From: an uncultured delta proteobacterium
GTDB taxonomy: Bacteria; Desulfobacterota; Binatia; Bin18
DNA: 64,000 bases
Reading direction: 5' to 3'
Assembly (NCBI GenBank): GCA_963733195.1
Contig: CAVTCR010000060.1
Span: forward strand, 32,001 to 96,000
A model generated the notes under the pieces. That model made no database searches. It worked only from the letters and a program-made list of their open reading frames with translations, and was not told where the DNA came from. The first letter of the stretch is position 1, and every line of letters begins with the position of its first letter. Positions 31,451 to 41,990 of the stretch are shown in pieces. The position numbers and the translations under genes were made by a program.

Positions 31451-32845
31451 CTATTTGCCAATGCAAAAGTCTCGAAAGATTCGATCCAGAATATCTTCAC
31501 TACTCACATGACCGGTGATCTCACCAATGTGATCAAGAGCTACATGGAGGTCAACAGCGACTAAGTCAAGAGGTACGCCGTTCTGTAAGCTCACGTGCGC
31601 CTGACGAAGACCTTGCTCCGCTTTGAGTAGCGCATCGCGATGCCGTACCTGCGTGACTATAGCTCCGGAAAAAGGAGAAGCACTATCTTGCTGCGAATCG
31701 TTACCAAAAGCGAGCTTCTCTATCCGCTCTCCGAGTTCACTCATTCCGGTTGCTATTTTGGTCGAGAAAACGACAGGCAGGTTTCCGTTCAGATGGAGCG
31801 CAATCTCTTGTGGTTGAACAATGACAGGCAGGTCAACTTTGTTGAGGATAGGAATGGTGTCCTTTTTTTTGATTAACGAGAAAATCAGCTCATCTTCTTC
31901 GTCCAATGGCTGCGAAGCGTCAAACATAGAGATCACGATTTCTGCGGTTTGGAGTCCTTCGAGTGCGCGCTCGACACCAATACGCTCCACTTCATCCACT
32001 GTGTGTCTAATCCCTGCGGTATCCCAGACAAGTAGCGGGATACCATTAATCGTCACGGTTTCTTCTAGCACGTCACGGGTAGTTCCTGGGACAGGTGTGA
32101 CGATAGCCCGTTCGGTGCCAGACAAAAGGTTTAGCAGGCTCGACTTGCCAACGTTTGGTTTACCAATAATTGCCGTACGGATTCCCTCTCTAAACACCTT
32201 GCCTTGACGAAACGTGGCAGAGAGTGAAGCAATATCGTCTGCGAACTTTTGCATCTCTTCTAGTAGCTCAGTCTGTGCCTTCTCGGGAATATCATCCTCA
32301 GGAAAATCAAGAAAAGCTTCAATGTATGCAGTAATGCTGATGAGTCGTTCACGAAACGAGGCACACGCTTCTGACAAACGTCCAGAAAGCTGTTGCCAGG
32401 CGATCTGCAACCCGCGATCACTCTTCGCCTGAATCAAATCAAGAACAGCCTCAGCCTGAGAGAGGTCCAGGCGATTGTTGAGAAACGCACGTTGAGTGAA
32501 TTCTCCAGGGAGGGCCAGCCGTGCGCCTTGACTCAACACAGCCTCGAGAATGCGTCGTGAGAGCAACACTCCACCGTGACAGTGGATCTCGGCAACATGC
32601 TCTCCAGTGTAGCTCCGTGGAGCAGGCATGAGGACCAGGAGTCCCTGATCAAGGGGAATAGTAGTTAAGGGATCAATAATCTGCCCAAGATAAAAGCGAT
32701 GCGAAACAAATGTTTCACGTGGACGGGAAAGGATGAAAACTTGACGAACAATGGCCTCGGCTTGAGGGCCACTCACGCGAATGATGGCGACTCCACCGTG
32801 GCCAATTGGGGTCGCAAGCGCGGCGATCGTATCATGAGTGTACAC
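31451..32845 (-). CDS. mnmE: tRNA modification GTPase MnmE
   Basis: DTIAALAT, GKPNVGKSS, DTAG, NKVD, FCIGK. Confidence 0.97.
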   Translation of the reverse strand: MYTHDTIAALATPIGHGGVAIIRVSGPQAEAIVRQVFILSRPRETFVSHRFYLGQIIDPLTTIPLDQGLLVLMPAPRSYTGEHVAEIHCHGGVLLSRRILEAVLSQGARLALPGEFTQRAFLNNRLDLSQAEAVLDLIQAKSDRGLQIAWQQLSGRLSEACASFRERLISITAYIEAFLDFPEDDIPEKAQTELLEEMQKFADDIASLSATFRQGKVFREGIRTAIIGKPNVGKSSLLNLLSGTERAIVTPVPGTTRDVLEETVTINGIPLLVWDTAGIRHTVDEVERIGVERALEGLQTAEIVISMFDASQPLDEEDELIFSLIKKKDTIPILNKVDLPVIVQPQEIALHLNGNLPVVFSTKIATGMSELGERIEKLAFGNDSQQDSASPFSGAIVTQVRHRDALLKAEQGLRQAHVSLQNGVPLDLVAVDLHVALDHIGEITGHVSSEDILDRIFRDFCIGK

Positions 32846-32848
32846 AGA

Positions 32849-33682
32849 TCATGAGTCAGCGGTTTGTATCCGGCCCGTGGTCCGACCCTTTTCTTTCCTC
32901 TGCCCTTCTTCTGGAACGATGCACACTTGGCGGAAATATCCACGTCCAGTGCTTTTGGTAGTTACGAGAGGGTCCCCCTCCAATGTTAAGTGAATCACTC
33001 GGCGATCGCGCGGGCTCATCGGACTTAGCGTGACGGGCTTCCGACGACGTTTGGCCCGTTCCCCTAGGCGGAGTGCAAGGTTCTCCAGACTTTTCCAGCG
33101 TCGTTCGCGATATCCTTCAACGTCAATGGCAACGTGGGCATCGATTTCGTCACTTTTTGTGACTATACGATTGACCAAATACTCAAGAGCATCGAGTGTC
33201 TGCCCTCGATGACCGACGAGAAAACCTTCCGGCAGGTTGGGAATTTTTGTCACATTGACAACCGTTTCTTCGTCTCGGTTTTCCACGCTCAGCGTCGGCT
33301 CCGTTCCCATCAAGTGCAGGATTTCCTTCAGTGTGGAACAGACTTTCTCCGCCATTTCCGGGGAGAGGGGGATATTCGTGCGCGCCCCGGTTTCCCGTGC
33401 GACTTCTGCTCTTTGCTCTCGTGGGCGAGGGGGCTCAGCTTTTGGCTCAGGTGTCCGCAGTGGAGGCCGTGAAGTTTCTGTTCTTGGTTCGCTGGCTCGT
33501 GCAGAGAGTGGTAGTCGCAAGGTAGCACGGATACGTGCTTTCTTGCCGCCGATACCGAGAAACCCTTTGGTTGGCTGCGCTAGGACCTCGATTTCGACAC
33601 GGTCTCGCTCGACCTGGAGTTGTCGTAGAGCATTGGAGATTGCCTCGTCAAGCGTTGTTCCTTCGGCTTCTACTGCATTCAT
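32849..33682 (-). CDS. jag: Jag/EloR (KhpB) RNA-binding protein
   Basis: KGFLGIGGK, GHRGQTLDAL KH domain, R3H motif RDRRVIH. Confidence 0.93.
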   Translation of the reverse strand: MNAVEAEGTTLDEAISNALRQLQVERDRVEIEVLAQPTKGFLGIGGKKARIRATLRLPLSARASEPRTETSRPPLRTPEPKAEPPRPREQRAEVARETGARTNIPLSPEMAEKVCSTLKEILHLMGTEPTLSVENRDEETVVNVTKIPNLPEGFLVGHRGQTLDALEYLVNRIVTKSDEIDAHVAIDVEGYRERRWKSLENLALRLGERAKRRRKPVTLSPMSPRDRRVIHLTLEGDPLVTTKSTGRGYFRQVCIVPEEGQRKEKGRTTGRIQTADS

Positions 33683-33702
33683 TACGTTTTTCCCTCTCCG
33701 AG

Positions 33703-35337
33703 TTATACGAACCCTTTATTCTGGGCGTACTGCTGGGCAATGCTCAGGACATTATTCACCAGCCAGTATAGCACTAATCCCGCAGGAAAATTGACAAACA
33801 TAACCGTAAACATTACCGGCATGAGCATCATTATTTTCTGCTGCATCGGATCCCCAGGCATCGGCGTCATTGCTTGTTGGATGACCATCGTACCTCCCAT
33901 CAGAAGAGTCAACACCGGAATCCCAGGAGGATCGACGAAAGGAAGCCACATTGAACCAAGACGGTCAGGCTGTGACAGATCTTGAATCCAACCGAAGAAT
34001 GGTGCCTGTCGCAATTCGATAGCGGCCATAAATGCTTGGTACAGGCCAATAAAAACCGGGATTTGTACCAGCATCGGCAAACAACCACCAAGCGGATTGA
34101 TGTGGTTACGACGGTACAGTTCCATCATTTCGCGGTTGAGTTTCTCTCGGTCGTCTTTGTATTGTTCTCTAATCTGTTCGAGCTGGGGTTGGATTTTCTT
34201 CATCTCGTTCATGGATTTAAACGCTTTGGCACTCAGAGGGAAAAACGCCAGTTTCACGAGCACGGTCAAGAGGATAATATCAAGACCGTAATTTCCAGTG
34301 AAAGAGTTTGAGATTTTGAGAAGTGAAAGTAGGGGACGGGCAATAAAATGCGACCAACCAAAATCAATTGCGCGATCCAAAGCGGGATTAACAGCGTTCA
34401 ACGCATTAGGTTCCTTCGGGCCGACATACACTGTGTATGTAACAGGTTGTGTGGTCCAGGGAATCGAGAGCTTGGTGGTAACAGTGCCATCCTTCGTATG
34501 GAAGAGAAGGGAATTTTTCTCTCCTTCAGGAGGAATCATTGCCGAAAGAAAGTAGGTGTCGGCATACCCAGCCCAGCGGATCCGATCTGGTCCGATCGTT
34601 CGCGCTTCTTTCGCCACGCTCGAGTTGGTTTCATACACAAACTTTCTTCCAATTAAAGCAACGGGGCCTGGCTCACTAGCTGACTGTGAATGATGCTGGT
34701 CGAAGGCATGAGTCCAAAGTAGCGAAAGCGACGTGCCCTCCTGGGCGGACACACCCATTTTCACTTCAAGGGTTATACCGTAATCTTGCCCAGAAAAAGA
34801 AAAGATTTTGCTGAGCGCTATACCATTAGCGGTAGTGCCGCGAAACTCGAGGGTCGCCTTGTCACTGCCTTGGAGGGTTATATCTTTGCCCGTCACCGCG
34901 TAGGTTACACCTTCATCACTTACAGTTACTCCATTCCCCTCGAGCAGCAGGCCGAGAGGAAGCTCTCCGCGGGGGCCTGCCTGAATCATTTCTAACGGAG
35001 AACTCTGCTTCCCTTCATTTCCTGGGTACCGCTTCAAGCGAAAGCTCTTTATCCGTCCGCCTGCAGAGGTAAATACTGCGCGGTAGACTTCATTCTCGAC
35101 GGTAATCTCCCGTGCTTCGGAGGAAATGACAGCAGAAGACGAGCCTTGAGGCGACAGTTGCACCTGAGGAGGTCGCTCGGTTGTTGGCGTCGGTATCGAC
35201 GGCGGAGATTCTGCCTGGGGAGGAAATGGGTTTCTTGTGGAAGGAGGTGGCGAAGGATAGAAATGAGAGACAAGCGCCTGGTACACAAAAAGAACGAGAA
35301 GCGACAGAATAACTGCGAGAAAGCTTCTTTTGTCCAC
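33703..35337 (-). CDS. yidC: Membrane protein insertase YidC
   Basis: YVGPK, DFGW, NPLGGCLP, GLVLYW. Confidence 0.96.
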   Translation of the reverse strand: MDKRSFLAVILSLLVLFVYQALVSHFYPSPPPSTRNPFPPQAESPPSIPTPTTERPPQVQLSPQGSSSAVISSEAREITVENEVYRAVFTSAGGRIKSFRLKRYPGNEGKQSSPLEMIQAGPRGELPLGLLLEGNGVTVSDEGVTYAVTGKDITLQGSDKATLEFRGTTANGIALSKIFSFSGQDYGITLEVKMGVSAQEGTSLSLLWTHAFDQHHSQSASEPGPVALIGRKFVYETNSSVAKEARTIGPDRIRWAGYADTYFLSAMIPPEGEKNSLLFHTKDGTVTTKLSIPWTTQPVTYTVYVGPKEPNALNAVNPALDRAIDFGWSHFIARPLLSLLKISNSFTGNYGLDIILLTVLVKLAFFPLSAKAFKSMNEMKKIQPQLEQIREQYKDDREKLNREMMELYRRNHINPLGGCLPMLVQIPVFIGLYQAFMAAIELRQAPFFGWIQDLSQPDRLGSMWLPFVDPPGIPVLTLLMGGTMVIQQAMTPMPGDPMQQKIMMLMPVMFTVMFVNFPAGLVLYWLVNNVLSIAQQYAQNKGFV

Positions 35338-35367
35338 TACTAAATGCCTCTTATCAAAAACTCATTG

Positions 35368-35643
35368 CTATGGCAGAGGGTCTACTCCACCCGGATGCCA
35401 TGGATGACACTTCGCGACTCGTGTCAGAATGAGCCGAGTTCCTTTGAGGATGCCATATTTTTGCAACGCTGCTAGGGCGTAGGCAGAGCAGCTTGGAGAA
35501 AATCGACACATTGGTCCGAGCAGGGGAGAAATCACCCAGCGATAGAGCAAAAGAGTGCCTTTTAAGGTCTCCACTCCCAGAGCAGGAATCACGCGTATGA
35601 AGGAAGGGAAGAGAGGAAGAATTTTACTTTTTAGGCTGAACAA
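35368..35643 (-). CDS. yidD: Membrane protein insertion efficiency factor (start uncertain)
   Basis: [23 protein letters not shown]. Confidence 0.9.
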   Translation of the reverse strand: MFSLKSKILPLFPSFIRVIPALGVETLKGTLLLYRWVISPLLGPMCRFSPSCSAYALAALQKYGILKGTRLILTRVAKCHPWHPGGVDPLP

Positions 35644-36148
35644 TGGAGAGTACCTTTCCCAACTCCTCAGTGATCTGTGCGAGTGTGAGTTGCTCGGCCC
35701 CAGCTTTCGGAATCACCACGATGTCGCAGACTGGGATGATGAGCGTCCGATGGGTACGAAAGAACTCTCGCAGTAATCTCTTCATGCGATTGCGGACGAT
35801 AGCATTACCAAAGCGACGGGAGGTTGTAATACCGAGGCGAGAGTGCTCACTTTGTGCTGGCGCGGTGGCAACAAGAAAATGCTGGCTATGTCGTTTTTTT
35901 CCTTTTTGCTGGAGAAAGAGAAATTCCCGCCGTTCAAGCAACCGAACAGACTTTGGAAACGATCCGTTCAGGGCTTTTAGCGATGCGCTGGTTTCGGTGG
36001 AACCGTTACGGTCAGGTGTTTGCGTCCTTTGTGGCGACGTCTCTTGAGAACGGCGCGACCTGCGCTGGTGCTCATCCGGGTGAGAAATCCGTGGGTTCGT
36101 TTGCGACGAAGATTGCTTGGTTGATATGTTCTTTTCATGAGGGTCCAT
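35624..36148 (-). CDS. rnpA: Ribonuclease P protein; frame open from ATG 36148 across rpmH, conserved core from about 35960
   Basis: [28 protein letters not shown] (RNR motif). The start codon is unresolved; see findings. Confidence 0.85.
   Translation of the reverse strand: MDPHEKNISTKQSSSQTNPRISHPDEHQRRSRRSQETSPQRTQTPDRNGSTETSASLKALNGSFPKSVRLLERREFLFLQQKGKKRHSQHFLVATAPAQSEHSRLGITTSRRFGNAIVRNRMKRLLREFFRTHRTLIIPVCDIVVIPKAGAEQLTLAQITEELGKVLSIVQPKK
35977..36138 (-). CDS. rpmH: 50S ribosomal protein L34
   Basis: [35 protein letters not shown]. Confidence 0.97.
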   Translation of the reverse strand: MKRTYQPSNLRRKRTHGFLTRMSTSAGRAVLKRRRHKGRKHLTVTVPPKPAHR

Positions 36149-36339
36149 CCGTGCAGATTCTCTGCATAATTCCTATAGTAAAGAGGGCGTATCTGACCAT
36201 ACTGAAGAGAGGATGTCAATTTTCCCTGACGAGAATCCAGTGGGTTTCGCTGGCCAAGACGACAACGCTCTTCTACAATTTGCTACGCTCTACGTAAGTA
36301 CTTTCTCTTTATCACTCTCCACGCTACTGTCTTCCCCGG

Positions 36340-37882
36340 ATGAACCGGTTTACATCGATAAGTGAGGCTTTCCTCAGCGGTATTGTTCTTGCCCTCGCAT
36401 TTCCTAAGGTTGACCTCAGTTTTTTAGCGTGGATCGCTTTTATTCCACTTTTTTGGATCATTCACACTCGAACACCGCAACAGGCGTTTGGTTATGGATT
36501 TGCTGCCGGTATGGGGTTTTATCTCTGTACTGTTTATTGGGTCGTTCACACGATCGGACTGTATAGCAACATTCCTCCACTCATCGCAGTCGGTCCCTTA
36601 CTCCTAATGTGTATGATTCTCGCCTCGTACACAGGCGCGTTCGCGGCTGGACTTCGTTTTTATCAACAGCGCGGAGGGTCTATTATCCTGATCGGTCCCG
36701 TCCTTTGGGTTACTCTAGAATGGCTGCGGTCATTTTTCTTTATCGGGTTCCCCTGGGTCAGTCTCGGCTACTCACAGTATCCTCAGCTGAATCTTATACA
36801 GTTTGCTGAATTTACCGGTATCTATGGTGTTTCCGCGCTCGTTATTTTTGTGAATCTCGCGGTTTTTACACTATTGTCTTCCCCTCAAGCGCGACGTGGG
36901 CTACTCATCTTCTCGGTTATTATTCTCGTTGGTGGACTTTCTCTCTGGGGAATGTGGAGACGGTCTCAGCTAGCAGCACTCCCCCCTGCTCATCATCTGC
37001 GTGTTGGGCTCATTCAGGGTAATATCCCTCAAGATACGAAATGGAACCCTCACTCCCAGGAAGAAACGATGACCCGTTATGAGCAACTCTCCCGACAAGC
37101 GGTCGCACAAGGAGCAGAAATCGTTATTTGGCCTGAAACCGCCGCTCCCTTTTACTTTCAGTCGCCGCTCCCACCTGACATGCCAGACCGAGAGAGGGAA
37201 ATAGCTTACCGTGAGAGGCTCCTCCGCTTAGCAATAGAGCTGCGAACACCGATCTTGTTCGGCAGTCCAGCCTTCAAGCAAGAGGGGAGGAAAGTCTCGA
37301 TGTTCAATCGCGCGTATCTGCTCTCGAGCAGAAGCAGAAGTTCTCGGTTCTTACGATAAAATCCAGCTGGTACCGTTTGGCGAGTATGTACCGTTTCACA
37401 GCCTTTTGTTTTTTCTCGATAAACTGGTCGTAGGAATTGGTGACTTTGCTGCTGGTTCAACGACCACTGTGTTCACGTTACCACAGACAAAATTCGGCGT
37501 ATTGATTTGCTACGAAGGCATTTTCCCATCTCTTACTCGACGGTTTGTCTCACAAGGGGCAGAACTGCTCATCAACATTACTAACGATGCCTGGTTCGGC
37601 CGCACTTCTGCACCATATCAACATCTTGTGATGGAGGCGGTGCGCGCAATTGAGAATCGCGTCCCACTGGTCCGCGCAGCGAATACTGGCTTCTCTGCCG
37701 TCGTCGGCATTGACGGGCAGATCCACAGTCGCACCAATTTGTACGAAATGACTTTCTTAGTTGATGATGTAACCTGGCCACAGGTAAGTAGCTTTTACGC
37801 AAAGTACGGCGACGTTTTTGTCTGGTTCTGTGTCGTCAGCACCAGTCTCATGCTAGGATATCGGTGGGTAAGGCGGAGATAG
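36340..37882 (+). CDS. lnt: Apolipoprotein N-acyltransferase, frameshift near 37330
   Basis: GFPW..LGYSQ, QGNIPQ, WPETA; YDKIQLVPFGEY, ICYE and NDAWFG in the second frame. Confidence 0.93.
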
Positions 37883-37931
37883 ACAAAGACAGAGATATAG
37901 ACAAGAAGAAAAGTTTCTTACGGAGGACTCC

Positions 37932-39030
37932 ATGTTGTTGGAAACAAAAGAAAAATTGATGCAACTTCGTACTCGAGTCGACAATCTCGGGAGGCGTCTT
38001 TGACATCGCGGGAAAAGAGACCCGGGCCGCAGAATTAGAGGCACTCACGGTCGCAGAAAACTTCTGGCAAGATCAAGAAAAAGCTCAGACCATCCTCAAG
38101 GAGCGATCAGGGCTTGTCGCGACCATCAACCAATGGAAAAAGCACCAGCACGGGCTCGACGACGCAGCGGTGTTTCTGGAAATGGCCGAAACTGGAGACG
38201 CTGAAGCGGAAACTGAGTTAGAGCAACATGTTGGTCAGCTAGAGAAAGAGGTCAGTCAGGCTGAACTTGAACGCATGCTCGGTGGAGAGCATGACGCTGG
38301 TAATGCAATTCTCAGTCTCCATCCGGGAGCTGGTGGCTTGGAAGCACAGGATTGGGCGGACATGCTGTTACGCCTCTATTTGCGCTGGACTGAACGCAAG
38401 GGATACAAAACAGAAATGGTCGACTACCAACCTGGCGAAGGAGGAGGACTAAAAAGCGCGACCCTAACGGTCGAAGGGCCGTATGCTTATGGCTACCTGC
38501 GAGCCGAGGCTGGGATTCACCGTCTCGTACGCATCTCCCCGTTTGATGCCAATGCTCGAAGACATACATCTTTCGCTTCGGTGTTTGTGTATCCAGACCT
38601 TGATGACACGGTCGAAGTAGATATCCGCCCCGAGGATCTACGTGTTGATACCTACCGCTCCAGTGGTGCTGGTGGACAACATGTGAATAAAACCGACTCA
38701 GCCGTGCGCCTTACTCACCTCCCGACAGGAATCGTTGTTGCCTGCCAGAACGAACGCTCGCAACACCGCAACCGCGCGATGGCAATGAAGGTGCTTCGTG
38801 CAAAACTCTATGAACTCGAGTTAGAGAAACAGAAAGAGAAGATGGAGGATTTACATAAGAGCAAGAAGGACATCGCATGGGGGAGCCAAATTCGTTCGTA
38901 CGTCCTGCATCCCTATCGCATGGTAAAGGATCATCGGACAGGAGCAGAAGTCGGCAATACGGATGCCGTTTTAGATGGGGATATTGATACGTTCATCGAA
39001 GCCTATTTGCTCTACCGCATAGCCGCTTAA
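37932..39030 (+). CDS. prfB: Peptide chain release factor 2 with programmed +1 frameshift at CTT-TGA-C (37998-38004)
   Basis: ATG 37932, 23 codons, then GGGAGG-CGT-CTT-TGA-C; the +1 frame is continuous with ORF 38170-39030 (SPF, GGQ). Confidence 0.95.
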
Positions 39031-39074
39031 GTCACTTTCCGTCAACGACGGTATGCAGAAGAAAGGGAAACGTC

Positions 39075-39485
39075 ATGGAAGAGGACAAGGTCGGTAGCGA
39101 TCCTGCACCAGAAGTGACGATTCCGGAAGTTTCCCTTCGGCTCCAGCACTCGCGGGAAGCGAAAGGCCTGTCTCTGCGAGAAGCAGAAGCTGCGACTCGC
39201 ATTCCAGTTCACTATTTACAACTGCTCGAAGGAAAAGGAGACGCCCGCCTCCTCGCTGATGTGTTGTATCTTGTCCCATTTCTCCGCACGTACGCCTTGT
39301 TTCTCGGCCTTGATCCTGCTGAGCTGACGGCGCAGTTTATCCAGTATGTCCACGCGAAAGACGATCAGATCAGTGAACTCGGGGAACAACCGCCGCCGCG
39401 TTCGGCTGTCCAACCGATGATTCTTATAGTCATCCTTGCGATTGTCGGTTTGCTCACCCTGCTCTGGTTCATTCGTGGGCACTAA
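39075..39485 (+). CDS. RodZ-like HTH protein with C-terminal TM segment (short, no periplasmic domain)
   Basis: REAKGLSL..TRI..YLQLLE..Y..FLRTYA..LGLD. Confidence 0.75.
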   Translation: MEEDKVGSDPAPEVTIPEVSLRLQHSREAKGLSLREAEAATRIPVHYLQLLEGKGDARLLADVLYLVPFLRTYALFLGLDPAELTAQFIQYVHAKDDQISELGEQPPPRSAVQPMILIVILAIVGLLTLLWFIRGH

Positions 39486-39586
39486 CCAATCCCTTGGCAA
39501 TAGGCAGAGAAGCAGATAGACTTCTGCGGTTCTTAATTAGCTCCGCAGCATCTTGGCTCTGGAGCAGGTCCTGAGGAGGGACAGCC

Positions 39587-40495
39587 ATGAGCACAATGAC
39601 GATTGAAGAAGTCCCGCGGTTAAATGATCCAATGTTGATTGTCGCTTTCGCAGGGTGGAATGACGCTGGGAATGCCGCAACGCATGCGGCGCAGTTTCTG
39701 GTGCAGCAGCTTCAAGCTCGTCGCTTCGCCAGCATCGATCCCGAAGAGTTCTACAATTTTAGTGAGCTTCGTCCGCAGGTGCGACTCCGTGATGGCTTAT
39801 ATCGAGAAGTGATCTGGCCGGCAAACGAATTCTTTTATAGTGACGCCTCTCTTCTTCCACGTGGACTCGTACTCGGGGTCGGAATCGAGCCGCATCTCAA
39901 ATGGAAAACCTATTCAGCCGCAATTCTTGACCTCGCCAAGCAGTGTGGGGTGCAAATGGTGCTTACACTTGGAGCACTTTTAGCGGATGTCTCCTACTCT
40001 CGCCCTGTCCGCGTTGCTGGATTTGCCAGTGACCCGTCCTTGGCGGCACGGCTTCAGCTCACTTCCTCTCGCTACGAAGGTCCAACAGGGATTGTCGGCG
40101 TCTTCAATGATGCCTGTCGTCGTTCAGGGATTCCGTCGGCAAGCTTTTGGGCCAATGTTCCCCATTACATTTCTGCCGCACCAAACCCCAAGGCTGCGCT
40201 TGCGTTGGTCAAACGTGTCGAGGCGTTTCTACATTTTTCTCTCGATACAACAGAATTGAGCACGCAGGCATTCACGTTCGATGCAAAAGTTGCTCAAGCC
40301 GTAGCTGAAAATCCGCAGATGGCAGCTTACGTTCGTCAGCTTGAAACACGAGAACAACAGGAAGAGGGGTTCGAGATGGAACCAGCTCCGAAAGGCAATG
40401 GGGGTGGGAACGGCCACGCCAACGGTAAAGACATGGAGGCTGAGCTGCAACGATTTCTGCAACAACGAAAGAACAAAAAGGATAATGAGGAATAG
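39587..40495 (+). CDS. PAC2 (proteasome assembly chaperone 2) family protein
   Basis: AFAGWNDAG, RP, GIEPHLKW, TLGALLADV, YEGPTGIVG, WANVPHY, PNPKA. Confidence 0.85.
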   Translation: MSTMTIEEVPRLNDPMLIVAFAGWNDAGNAATHAAQFLVQQLQARRFASIDPEEFYNFSELRPQVRLRDGLYREVIWPANEFFYSDASLLPRGLVLGVGIEPHLKWKTYSAAILDLAKQCGVQMVLTLGALLADVSYSRPVRVAGFASDPSLAARLQLTSSRYEGPTGIVGVFNDACRRSGIPSASFWANVPHYISAAPNPKAALALVKRVEAFLHFSLDTTELSTQAFTFDAKVAQAVAENPQMAAYVRQLETREQQEEGFEMEPAPKGNGGGNGHANGKDMEAELQRFLQQRKNKKDNEE

Positions 40496-40570
40496 GAGCA
40501 GAGAGTAAAGGGCGATGTCCTTGTTTTTTCTCTCACCTGACACCTATCCCCTGTAACCTCAATTCGACAA

Positions 40571-41953
40571 ATGGAAAAAATAGTCTACATGGTCAATCTC
40601 GGCTGTCCCAAGAATTTGGTTGACGGCGAGGTGATGCTCGGGCTTTTGGCACGAGAGGGGTATGCGCTCACACTCGATCCTGAACAGGCTGGGGTGTTAA
40701 TGGTCAACACTTGCAGCTTCATCAACGAGGCGAAAGAGGAGTCCATCAATACCATTCTCGAACTGGCGCAACACAAGGAACAGTCGCCAACGAAGCGGCT
40801 GATTGTCACAGGATGTTTGGCCCAGCGCTATAGTCAGGAGTTGCGAGAATCGCTTCCTGAGGTCGATGTTTTTATCGGCACTGGTGAGTTTCTCCGCATT
40901 ACCGAAATTTTGCAACACAAACAGTCGCTCCTCGATGGACCGGCAAGTTATGTTGGAGCCGCACATATCCTCCCAGATCATACTACGCCCCGCATAGCCA
41001 CCACGGCGTTCTATACGACGTACCTCAAGATCGCCGAGGGATGTAACCACAAGTGTGCATTCTGCATTATTCCAAAAATTCGTGGTCTCCAAGAGAGCCG
41101 GCCCATCGATTCTCTAGTTGCCGAAGCAGCAACACTCGCGGCGCAAGGAGTCAAAGAACTCAACCTTATCGCACAGGATCTGACTGCCTATGGCCGCGAG
41201 CGACGGGATGGCACAACGCTCCTCACATTATTGCGTGCGTTGAGCCGCGTCGAAGGGATTGCGTGGATCCGCCTCCTGTACTGTTACCCCAATTATCTTG
41301 ACGAAACCCTATTACGCTACGTCGCTGAGGAAGAAAAGATTTGCTCTTATCTCGACATGCCACTGCAACACATCAGTGATCGCATGTTACGAGCGATGCG
41401 GCGCGAGAAAAGTGGCGATGGAATTCGCCGGTTACTGGAGCGCATCCGAATGTATATTCCTGGTGTCGTGTTACGAACGTCGTTTATCGTTGGGTTCCCA
41501 GGTGAACAGGATGAAGACTTCCAACAGCTCCTTGATTTCGTTCCCGAGGCGCAAATTGATCATGTTGGGGTGTTTCGTTATTCACAAGAAGAAGGGACTG
41601 CCGCCGGAGCATTGCCTAATCAAGTCCCAGAAGAGGTAAAGCAAGAGCGTTGGCACCGTTTGATGAAACAACAATCACAAGTCGTACGACGGAAAAACCT
41701 CGCTCTCGTTGGGAGTGAGCAAGAAATCCTTGTCTGTGGCCATGACGAACGTGGTCGGCAGTGGGGACGTTCCCGAGGACACGCACCTGAGATTGACGGG
41801 ATTGTGCTTTTGGAGCGGACGAAGGCTGAAACAGGTGACATTCTTCCTATGCGGATTTCCGGGGTATCAGGATACGACCTTCGTGCTACATCATTCGTGG
41901 GAAAAGTAAAAGAATCTCAGCAAGAGATTGACTTAGCGCATCTTCCCCTCTAG
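40571..41953 (+). CDS. rimO: Ribosomal protein S12 methylthiotransferase
   Basis: LGCPKNLVD, NTCSFI, EGCNHKCAFCIIP, APEIDG. Confidence 0.95.
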   Translation: MEKIVYMVNLGCPKNLVDGEVMLGLLAREGYALTLDPEQAGVLMVNTCSFINEAKEESINTILELAQHKEQSPTKRLIVTGCLAQRYSQELRESLPEVDVFIGTGEFLRITEILQHKQSLLDGPASYVGAAHILPDHTTPRIATTAFYTTYLKIAEGCNHKCAFCIIPKIRGLQESRPIDSLVAEAATLAAQGVKELNLIAQDLTAYGRERRDGTTLLTLLRALSRVEGIAWIRLLYCYPNYLDETLLRYVAEEEKICSYLDMPLQHISDRMLRAMRREKSGDGIRRLLERIRMYIPGVVLRTSFIVGFPGEQDEDFQQLLDFVPEAQIDHVGVFRYSQEEGTAAGALPNQVPEEVKQERWHRLMKQQSQVVRRKNLALVGSEQEILVCGHDERGRQWGRSRGHAPEIDGIVLLERTKAETGDILPMRISGVSGYDLRATSFVGKVKESQQEIDLAHLPL

Positions 41954-41990
41954 ATTCCTCGATTACTTTTCGTGTCGGAAGGAGTGGGGT

